In this document: one piece after another, positions 1-6,745 of the stretch
Numbering within the stretch: the first letter of the stretch is position 1
Layout: each line of letters begins with the position of its first letter
DNA from: an uncultured Gemmatimonadales bacterium
GTDB lineage: Bacteria > Gemmatimonadota > Gemmatimonadetes > Longimicrobiales > Gaopeijiaceae
Assembly: GCA_963823035.1 (NCBI GenBank)
Contig: CAWGKG010000014.1
Location: 352,001 to 416,000, forward strand
Length of the DNA stretch: 64,000 nt
Direction: 5' to 3'
The notes under the pieces: model-generated
What the model was told of the DNA's origin: nothing
Database searches by the model: none
The model's input: only the letters and a program-made list of their open reading frames with translations
Position numbers and translations under genes: made by a program

Positions 1-982
1 GCAGCGCGCGCACGAAGCGGGCGCGGTCGAACGACTGCGCCAGCTCCCGCACCACCATGCGCCGGTGGCGCACGGCGAAGCGCCACAACCCCGGGAAGCG
101 CAGCGTATCGACGAGGTCGCGTGCATCCACCGTGCGCAGCTCGTAGCCCTCGCGGGCGAACGCGAGAACAGCATTCGGGCCGGCGTCGATGCCGCCCTCG
201 ATGCGGCGCGTGAAGTGCACGCCCAGGAAGGGGAAGCCGGGCTCGGGGAGGGGATAGATCAGGTGGCGCACCAGATGCGAGCGCTCGGGACGCAGTCGCT
301 GGTATTCCCCGCGGAAGGGTACGATACGCGCCGGTGACCGGGCGCCCGCCATCGCCGCCACCCGGTCGGAGTGCAGCCCGGCGCAGTTCACGATCACGCG
401 GGAGCTGAATTCCCCCGCGGTGGTCAGGATCCGCCAGCCGCCGCGCTCGCGCACCAGGCGGCGCACGCCCGCGCCCGTGCGCAGATCCGCTCCTCTCGCG
501 GCCGCCTCGCGGGCCAGCGTCTCGCACACGGCGGCGTACGAGACGATCCCCTCCTCCGGGACGTGGATCGCGCCCACGCAGCGTACGTGCGGCTCGATCT
601 CGTGCGCCTCCTCGGGGCTCAGCCGTCGCAGTCCCTGGAGGCCGTTGCTCCGTCCGCGCTCGAGCATCTCCTCGAGGCGGGGAAGCTCCTCCGGCTCCGT
701 GGCCACCACCAGCTTCCCGCAGATCTCGTGGGGGATGCCGTGGTGCACGCAGAACTGCGTCATGCTCCGGATGCCGTCGCGGGCCAGGCGTGCCTTGTCG
801 GAGCCGGGCTTGTACTGGAGGCCCGCGTGCAGCACGCCGCTGTTGTGCGTGCTCTGGTGGCGGGCGAGCCCCGGCTCCTTCTCCAGCAGGCGCACCCGGA
901 ACGCGGCTTCGTCGTGGACGAGCGCCCACGCGGTGGCGAGGCCGACGATCCCACCCCCGATGACCGTGATGTCCGCAGGCAT
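1..982 (-). CDS. lhgO: L-2-hydroxyglutarate oxidase (FAD-dependent), 3' end runs off the window
   Basis: Manual minus-strand translation from ATG 982: MPADITVIGGGIVGLATA...EKE...HQSTHNSGVLHAGLQYKPGSDKARL...NCAGLHSD...VPFRGEY...FPFLGVHFT...GPNAV. Not in the ORF track because there is no stop inside the window. Confidence 0.9.
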   Translation of the reverse strand, partial: MPADITVIGGGIVGLATAWALVHDEAAFRVRLLEKEPGLARHQSTHNSGVLHAGLQYKPGSDKARLARDGIRSMTQFCVHHGIPHEICGKLVVATEPEELPRLEEMLERGRSNGLQGLRRLSPEEAHEIEPHVRCVGAIHVPEEGIVSYAAVCETLAREAAARGADLRTGAGVRRLVRERGGWRILTTAGEFSSRVIVNCAGLHSDRVAAMAGARSPARIVPFRGEYQRLRPERSHLVRHLIYPLPEPGFPFLGVHFTRRIEGGIDAGPNAVLAFAREGYELRTVDARDLVDTLRFPGLWRFAVRHRRMVVRELAQSFDRARFVRAL

Positions 983-1040
983 GGGGAAGGTTCGCCGTGG
1001 CGCTCCCCCCGGACAAGATCGGCTGCGTTCTAGCCGCCGT

Positions 1041-1856
1041 CTAGCGGATCCTCCTCAGGCGCACGTCCCCGCTGACCGTGTTCAGGGAGAGGGATCGCCC
1101 GCCCCCGTCCCCGATCGTGCCGCGCAGCTTCTCGCCCACCCATCGGCGCCGGTGCGTCGATTCGAGCCTCATGTCGAAGTCGGAGTCGAGGTCCCCCGAG
1201 AGCGACTCGAACTCCACCTCCGTGGCGAGGCTCTCCGGCAGGCGCAGCGTGATGTCGCCGCTCACGGTGTGGAAGGAGAGGTCCTTCCAATCGAGCGCAC
1301 CCATCTGGATGTCGAGGGAGCCGCTGACGGCGCTGGCGCGCGCCGTGCCGGTGGTCGACACGGTGACGTCACCGCTGACCGTGCCGGCGGTGACGTCGGA
1401 GCGCAGGTCGCGGGCCTCCACGTCGCCCGACACCACGTTCCCGATGAACTCGACGCCCGCGGGCACCTTCACGACGTAGTCCACCGAGACGCGGATGTTG
1501 TCACCGTGGTGGCGGTCGCCGCGGTCGTGGTCGCCGTCCATGTCGCACCCACCGCCCGGGTGGTCTTCCGGGTGGTACACGGCGCAGAGGGTCACGCCGT
1601 CCGACGCCTCCACGACGCGGATCTCCACCTCGTCGAAGTCGGCGTCTCGGCCGTGCTTCGTCGCCACGATCTCCGCGGTACCCCCGGAGGCCGGCTCGGC
1701 GAGGATGTCGCCGCTGATGCCGCGGACCTCCAGCACCTGGCCGGAGGACAGGCGCCCGCTCCAACGGAAGGGGCTCTGTTGGGCCGAAACCGAGCCGGTC
1801 ACACCCATCATCACACCCACGAGCGCCGCCGCGCGGCGCGCTGCTCTCCACGTCAT
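1041..1856 (-). CDS. DUF4097 family beta-strand repeat (adhesin-like) exported protein
   Basis: Signal peptide (..VSA-QQ), repeated xxTVSGD(V/I)x units, C-terminal LNTVSGDVRLRR. Confidence 0.85.
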   Translation of the reverse strand: MTWRAARRAAALVGVMMGVTGSVSAQQSPFRWSGRLSSGQVLEVRGISGDILAEPASGGTAEIVATKHGRDADFDEVEIRVVEASDGVTLCAVYHPEDHPGGGCDMDGDHDRGDRHHGDNIRVSVDYVVKVPAGVEFIGNVVSGDVEARDLRSDVTAGTVSGDVTVSTTGTARASAVSGSLDIQMGALDWKDLSFHTVSGDITLRLPESLATEVEFESLSGDLDSDFDMRLESTHRRRWVGEKLRGTIGDGGGRSLSLNTVSGDVRLRRIR

Positions 1857-1914
1857 CCCGGTTTCCCCCGCTTCCTTCGGTCGGTTGGTCCCCACGCTCG
1901 TCCCCATCGGCTTC

Positions 1915-1941
1915 GACGTCGCGCACCCGCCGTTGGTTGGA
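1915..1941 (-). promoter_or_regulatory. Putative ECF-sigma promoter (TCCAAC-N17-CGTC) for the DUF4097 gene
   Basis: Minus strand tccaac-caacggcgggtgcgcga-cgtc; same spacing recurs at 29159, 32249 and 32339. Confidence 0.55.
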
Positions 1942-1956
1942 AGGGCGCGCGGCGGC

Positions 1957-2547
1957 CTATCGATCGTAGAGGACGTGGTAGAGCACGAGGCCGCGCGCGA
2001 CCGCCTTGGCCGTGACCTTCGCCATGTAGGTCGGCATCTCCCCCAGCTCCGAGGCGGACGCCGCGTCCAGGGCGCTCATGGGGTCGTCGCCGGGGCGCAT
2101 CCCCTCGAAGCGCTTCATGAGACCGGTCTTCGTGGCCGCGAGCACCCACGGCTTCGTCTCCACCGTCGCCTTCGTGACCACCGCCTCGCGGATCGCGCCG
2201 TCGGGCGTCATGGACAGCCCGACCTCGAGAGGGCCGTGCTGGTTGTTCACCTGGGGGAAGAGCACCACGCCGGTCACGTTCCCGGAGGCGTCCTTCCCGT
2301 AGTAGAACTTGAAGGCGTCGTCCTCGGGCTCGAAGTCGCCCTCCGCGCGGATCTTCTCGAAGTCGGCCCGACCCACGTCCACGGTCTTGAGGAAGAACTG
2401 CGTGGCGTCGGGGACGGTGGCGCGGATCATGTCGGCCTGCTTCTGCAGCACGACGGTCGGGGTGATGTGCGGCCGCGCGGCGGCCGTGAGCGTCAGCGTG
2501 GCGGCCAGCCCGAGCAGGCCGGTCGCGAGGGTGCGCGTAGGCTTCAT
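1957..2547 (-). CDS. Exported FMN-binding-domain-like (RnfG/NqrC-fold-like) protein lacking a canonical SGAT motif
   Basis: MKPTRT.. signal peptide; QHGPLEVGLSMTPDGAIREAVV pattern; C-terminal helix VTAKAVARGL; ATGA overlap with upstream gene at 2544-2547. Confidence 0.6.
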   Translation of the reverse strand: MKPTRTLATGLLGLAATLTLTAAARPHITPTVVLQKQADMIRATVPDATQFFLKTVDVGRADFEKIRAEGDFEPEDDAFKFYYGKDASGNVTGVVLFPQVNNQHGPLEVGLSMTPDGAIREAVVTKATVETKPWVLAATKTGLMKRFEGMRPGDDPMSALDAASASELGEMPTYMAKVTAKAVARGLVLYHVLYDR

Positions 2548-3113
2548 GAGTCGTTTCCCGCATGGGTTCGAAGTGGGAATGCGGCGCGCAGGACACCGAG
2601 GAGCACGGCCACGTACGTCGCGGCCATGAGCCATCCCGAGAGGATCGTCAGGTACGAGAAGCCGGGGATGCCGGCCTTGATGAGCCACTGGCCCGAGAAG
2701 TCGAGGGCGCCGGAGCCGAAGGCGGCCACGATGACGGTGTTCCGCCAGGGCGCCCGCCACTCCAGCCCGAGGACGAGGAGCGTCTGGAGCGCCGCCACGA
2801 TCGCGTAGATCATGATGTGGATGTGGCTGTCCTGGACGAGGAGGCGCGTGTCCACGTGGTGCATGTCCTCGCCCATCCCGCCCAGGTCGAGCGGCTGCGT
2901 CGAGCTGCTCGAGGATTCCGGGAGCTCGGCCTCGTCCACCTGGCCGGACGGCGCGTAGGTCGCGCTCACCCGGTCGGGCGTGAGCCCCGCCCAGTCCTTC
3001 ACCATGAAGAACGCGAAGACGTAGGCGTAGCCGAGCACCGCCACGAAGAGCACGGCGGCCAGGCGCACCGAGGGATCGCATCGCCGCAGGCTGTAAAGCC
3101 CCACGCCGCCCAT
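2544..3113 (-). CDS. Uncharacterised approximately 4-TM membrane protein with MHH and SHIH motifs
   Basis: Hydrophobic segments; LLVQDSHIHIMIY; start overlaps upstream stop (TGATG at 3111-3115). Confidence 0.75.
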   Translation of the reverse strand: MGGVGLYSLRRCDPSVRLAAVLFVAVLGYAYVFAFFMVKDWAGLTPDRVSATYAPSGQVDEAELPESSSSSTQPLDLGGMGEDMHHVDTRLLVQDSHIHIMIYAIVAALQTLLVLGLEWRAPWRNTVIVAAFGSGALDFSGQWLIKAGIPGFSYLTILSGWLMAATYVAVLLGVLRAAFPLRTHAGNDS

Positions 3114-4270
3114 CAGAAGGTGGTCACGAGCTGGAGGACGTAGCGGGGCGCCCAACGGTGCATCCCGCCGTCCGCGTCCTCGAAGACGGGCTCCGACGCG
3201 TGGTCCAGCCGCGCTTCGAGCCGGAGCTGGAAGCGGGGGATGCGAAACGTCGTGTGCTCGACGTTGGCGAAGATCCCCTCGCGCCCCGTCCCGATGAAGA
3301 GCAAGGGGCTGAAGGTCAGCGACTGCAGCGTCTGCTCCGTGCCCGTGCGTGCGCCGTCGCGGTCGCGGAAGGTCTCGCCGCGCAACGTGGCGCCCAGGTG
3401 CTCGCCGAGGCGCCGGAAGACCGTGAGCGTCGCGCCGTACCAGCGCGCGTCACCGCCGTCCTCCAGCACGCCGCGGTCACCCCCGTAGTTGGCCTCGCCG
3501 GCGAGGATCCAGTCGCGCCCGGCCTCGAGCGCGTAGTCCGCCGACAGCAGATAGCGGTCGTGCACGTCGCCCGGCTCGCCCTCCCCGCCCCAGAGCCCGC
3601 TCAGACCGAGGCTCGTGTGCTCGGTGGGGATGAGACCCAGACGGAGGCCACCGGTCTTCCCGTGGTTGGCGTCGAGCTGCGCGTCCCAGCCGTTGCCGGC
3701 CATGGCCGTGAGGTCGACGTGCGGGCTCGCCGCCCACCGCCCGACCAGCCCGACCATCTTGGCCGGTCGCGCCAGCTCGAAGTTGTAGCTCGACGTGGCC
3801 TGGAAGTTGAGCGGCTCGTCGTCGCGCTCGAAGCCGACGGGAACGTCGAACTTCCCGAACGCGAGGCTCAGGCCGGAGCCGCCGCCGGGCGTGAAGTTCA
3901 CGAGCAGGTTGTCGATCTCGATCTCGGTGGGCACCTCGTCGCCCCCGGCCTCCTCTCCCGACGCGAGCGCCGTGGTGAGCTGGCCGAAGAACCACACCCG
4001 GTCCGACACCTCGCGGAAGAACGCCACCGCGAGCTTGCCCGCCCGAGCGGAGTTGTCGCCGGAGCGCTGGTCCCAGCTGTAGTCCCCGACCCCGAAGCCC
4101 GTGATCTGGAGGGGAAAGCTGTTCTCTCCCGTGAGGTCGTCGAGGCTCTGGCCCGACGGGCGCCCGAGGTCCACGGGCGTGTCCTGCGCGCGCAGCGCGG
4201 CGGGCACCACGCCGAGCGCGGACGCGACGGCGAGGAGGGGCAGGAGCCTGCCCCGGATGCAAGACGGCAT
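3113..4270 (-). CDS. Outer membrane beta-barrel / putative porin
   Basis: Signal peptide (..LRA-QD), GKFDVPVGFE porin-like motif, alternating strands, C-terminal beta-signal YVLQLVTTF; SD AGGGAGA upstream. Confidence 0.8.
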   Translation of the reverse strand: MPSCIRGRLLPLLAVASALGVVPAALRAQDTPVDLGRPSGQSLDDLTGENSFPLQITGFGVGDYSWDQRSGDNSARAGKLAVAFFREVSDRVWFFGQLTTALASGEEAGGDEVPTEIEIDNLLVNFTPGGGSGLSLAFGKFDVPVGFERDDEPLNFQATSSYNFELARPAKMVGLVGRWAASPHVDLTAMAGNGWDAQLDANHGKTGGLRLGLIPTEHTSLGLSGLWGGEGEPGDVHDRYLLSADYALEAGRDWILAGEANYGGDRGVLEDGGDARWYGATLTVFRRLGEHLGATLRGETFRDRDGARTGTEQTLQSLTFSPLLFIGTGREGIFANVEHTTFRIPRFQLRLEARLDHASEPVFEDADGGMHRWAPRYVLQLVTTF

Positions 4271-4347
4271 GGATGTCTCCCTTCCCGGCTGCATCCGGTC
4301 GACGTCCGGAGGCAGCGTGCGGTGGATGGACTACGGACGGAGGGAGA
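4271..4347 (-). promoter_or_regulatory. SD-sequestering stem-loop between leader ORF and porin
   Basis: mRNA: UGA-UCUCCCU...GCUGC-C-UCCGG-acgucga-CCGGA-U-GCAGC...AGGGAGA-caucc-AUG. The anti-SD (4341-4347) is perfectly complementary to the SD (4276-4282). Confidence 0.7.
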
Positions 4348-4710
4348 TCAGCCCCGGGGCGGAGGGCTTTCCGTGTCGGAGATCGCGGAGAGCGGCGTCG
4401 ACGGCTCGTCGACGAGCGCGAGGGTACGGACCGCCGCCGGACGGGCGGCCACCGGGCCCGCGGGGATCCAGACGGTCGCGAGCGAGCCCTGCGGAAGGGT
4501 CCGGTGGGACGTCACGCTGCCGCCGTGACAGAGGGCCATCGACATGGGTGCGGCCGGGTGGCCCACGGGGTGCCCGGGAGCGCCGTCCATCGGCGCGGCA
4601 GCTTCGGAGAGGAGGCAATGCAGCCCGCAGAGCAGCTGCGGCTGTGCCGCCACGAGGACCGCCAGGAGAAGCAGCCCCGTGATGCGTCGCAGCGGCGACG
4701 GGCGCTTCAC
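4348..4710 (-). CDS. CutF/DUF2946-like small exported leader protein (putative metal-responsive ribosome-stalling uORF)
   Basis: 120 aa; N-terminal hydrophobic signal, CGLHC, His/Met-rich linker, LCH, C-terminal ESPPPRG-stop. Confidence 0.65.
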   Translation of the reverse strand: MKRPSPLRRITGLLLLAVLVAAQPQLLCGLHCLLSEAAAPMDGAPGHPVGHPAAPMSMALCHGGSVTSHRTLPQGSLATVWIPAGPVAARPAAVRTLALVDEPSTPLSAISDTESPPPRG

Positions 4711-4877
4711 GCGCCCAACCCGCTTCCCCGCGCTTTCCCTCTTCGGATCATCTCCGGCCCGCCCCCGGATGACGACGGCCGCGACGGGCCCAGCGCCCGC
4801 CGCGCACTCGACCCTCTAACCCGACGCCCGCGTGGCGGGTTCCGCCGGCCGGCCGGCCGCGCGACGCTACGCGCGGC

Positions 4878-6230
4878 TCATCCTCCGAAAGGCGGCATGC
4901 CGGGGAAGCCGCCGCCCATCCCGCCCATCCCGCCCATCATCCCCTTCATCCCCTTCATGAACTTCTGCATCTCCTTGAACTGCTTCATCAGCCGGTTGAC
5001 CTCGGCCACCGGCCGGCCGCTCCCCTTGGCGATGCGGGCGCGGCGCGAGCCGTTCAGGATGTCGGGGTTGGCACGCTCCTTCGGCGTCATCGACAGGATG
5101 ATCGCCTCCACGTGCTTCATGCGCTTCGGGTCCATCTGCGCGGCGGGGATCGACAGCTTGGCCGCACCCGGGATGAGCTTCAGGAGCTGCTCGAGCGGCC
5201 CCATCTTCTGCACCTGCCGCATCGCGGTGAGGAAGTCCTCCAGCGTGAAGCGCCCCTTCCCCAGCGCCTTCTCCGCGAGCTTCGCCTGATCCTCCTCGTC
5301 GATGGCGGCCTGGGCACGCTCCACGAGCCCGACCACATCGCCCATCTGGAGGATGCGACCGGCGAGGCGCTGCGGGTCGGCCACGTCCAGGTCGTCCACA
5401 CCCTCGCCTACGCCCACGAACTTGATGGGCTTGCCGGTCACGCCCCGGATGGACAGCGCGGCGCCGCCGCGCGCGTCGCCGTCCATCTTGGTCAGGACGA
5501 CCCCCGTGAGGCCCAGCGCGTCGTCGAAGCCCTGGGCGATCTTCACGGCCTCCTGCCCGGTCATCGCGTCGGCGACGAGCAGCACCTCCTGCGGCTTCAC
5601 GGCGTCCTTCACCCGCCGGAGCTCGTCCATGAGCGTCTCGTCGATCTGGAGGCGCCCGGCGGTATCGACCAGCAGCACCTGGTGGCGCGCGGCGCGCGCG
5701 GCGTCCCGCGCCGCGACCGCCGTGGCGACCGGGTCGCCGCCGAACACCCCGGCGTGCACCGGGACGCCGATCTGGCGCCCGAGCGTCTGGAGCTGCTCGA
5801 TGGCCGCCGGCCGCTGCAGGTCGCAGGCGGCCATCATCGGCTGACGCCCCTCGCGCCCCAACCGCTTGGCGAGCTTGGCGGTGGAGGTCGTCTTCCCGGA
5901 GCCCTGCAGCCCGACCATCAGGATCACCGTGGGCGGTGAAGGCGCCCACGCGAGCGTGGGGCGGCCTTCGCCCATGAGGTTGGCGAGCTCGTCGTGGACG
6001 ATCTTCACGATCTGCTGGCCCGGGCTCACCGACTTCACGACGGCTTCGCCCATGGCCCGCTCCTGGACGCGCCCGAGGAACTCGCGCGTGACGGCGAAGT
6101 TCACGTCGGCCTCGAGGAGGACGCGGCGCACCTCGCGGAGCCCCTCCTTGATCATGGGCTCGGTCAGCACGCCCCGCTGGCGAAGCTTGGCGAGTGCCTT
6201 GTCGAGCTTGTTGCTCAGCTCGTCGAACAT
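4878..6230 (-). CDS. ffh: Signal recognition particle protein
   Basis: MFDELSNKL; LLEADV; GLQGSGKTT; DTAGR; TKMDGDARGG; M domain SMTPKER, SRRARIAKGSG. Confidence 0.98.
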   Translation of the reverse strand: MFDELSNKLDKALAKLRQRGVLTEPMIKEGLREVRRVLLEADVNFAVTREFLGRVQERAMGEAVVKSVSPGQQIVKIVHDELANLMGEGRPTLAWAPSPPTVILMVGLQGSGKTTSTAKLAKRLGREGRQPMMAACDLQRPAAIEQLQTLGRQIGVPVHAGVFGGDPVATAVAARDAARAARHQVLLVDTAGRLQIDETLMDELRRVKDAVKPQEVLLVADAMTGQEAVKIAQGFDDALGLTGVVLTKMDGDARGGAALSIRGVTGKPIKFVGVGEGVDDLDVADPQRLAGRILQMGDVVGLVERAQAAIDEEDQAKLAEKALGKGRFTLEDFLTAMRQVQKMGPLEQLLKLIPGAAKLSIPAAQMDPKRMKHVEAIILSMTPKERANPDILNGSRRARIAKGSGRPVAEVNRLMKQFKEMQKFMKGMKGMMGGMGGMGGGFPGMPPFGG

Positions 6231-6308
6231 CCTTGGGGCGCGCTCCGTGCGTGGGGGTCGAGGGGCCCGAAAGCTAGACGCACCGCGGAACGGCCTCAAG
6301 CGACGCGC

Positions 6309-6352
6309 TTGACTAGTGACCATTCGTCTCTATTATGGACCTTCAGTCCATA
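6309..6352 (+). promoter_or_regulatory. Sigma70-like promoter (TTGACT-N16-TATTAT) overlapped by inverted repeat TATGGAC-N5-GTCCATA (putative PadR operator)
   Basis: Motifs read directly at 6309-6336 and 6334-6352, upstream of GGAGG and GTG 6376. Confidence 0.6.
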
Positions 6353-6375
6353 GCCACTTCCCGGTGGAGGTCCAT

Positions 6376-6745
6376 GTGCCCGACCACGACGACGCCGGAC
6401 GCTTTCTCCCGCTCAAGCCGGAGGACTTCCAGATCCTCCTCGCCCTCGAGGACGGGGAGCGCCACGGCTACGCGGTGCTGAAGGAGATCGAGCGGGCCAC
6501 CGGAGGCGCCGTGGCGCCGGCCGCGTCGCCCTTCTACCGGAAGCTCCGGCGGATGGAGGAGCTGGGCCTCGCTGGCCGAGACGGACGCGCGCCCATCGCC
6601 GGAGCTCGACGACGAGCGGCGGCGCTACTACGCGCTCACGCCCCTCGGGCGGGAGGTCCTCACGCGCGAAGCCCGACGCGTGGTGGCGCTGGCCGGCCAC
6701 GAGCGGATCCTGCGGCTCGCGCGCTCCGCGGAAGCGAAGGGGTGA
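6376..6745 (+). CDS. PadR-family regulator #1 (frameshift near 6570)
   Basis: LPLKPEDFQILLALEDGERHGYAVLKEI..., then in another frame DDERRRYYALTPLGREVL...; TGA 6743-6745 overlaps the next GTG. Confidence 0.85.

Noticed and set aside
4711..4877. SRP RNA next to ffh
   Set aside because: No domain IV signature (CAGG..GGAA..AGCAG) found on either strand.
4880..4960. Short tandem repeats (cccgcccat / cccttcat)
   Set aside because: They encode the ordinary Met/Gly-rich Ffh C-terminal tail.
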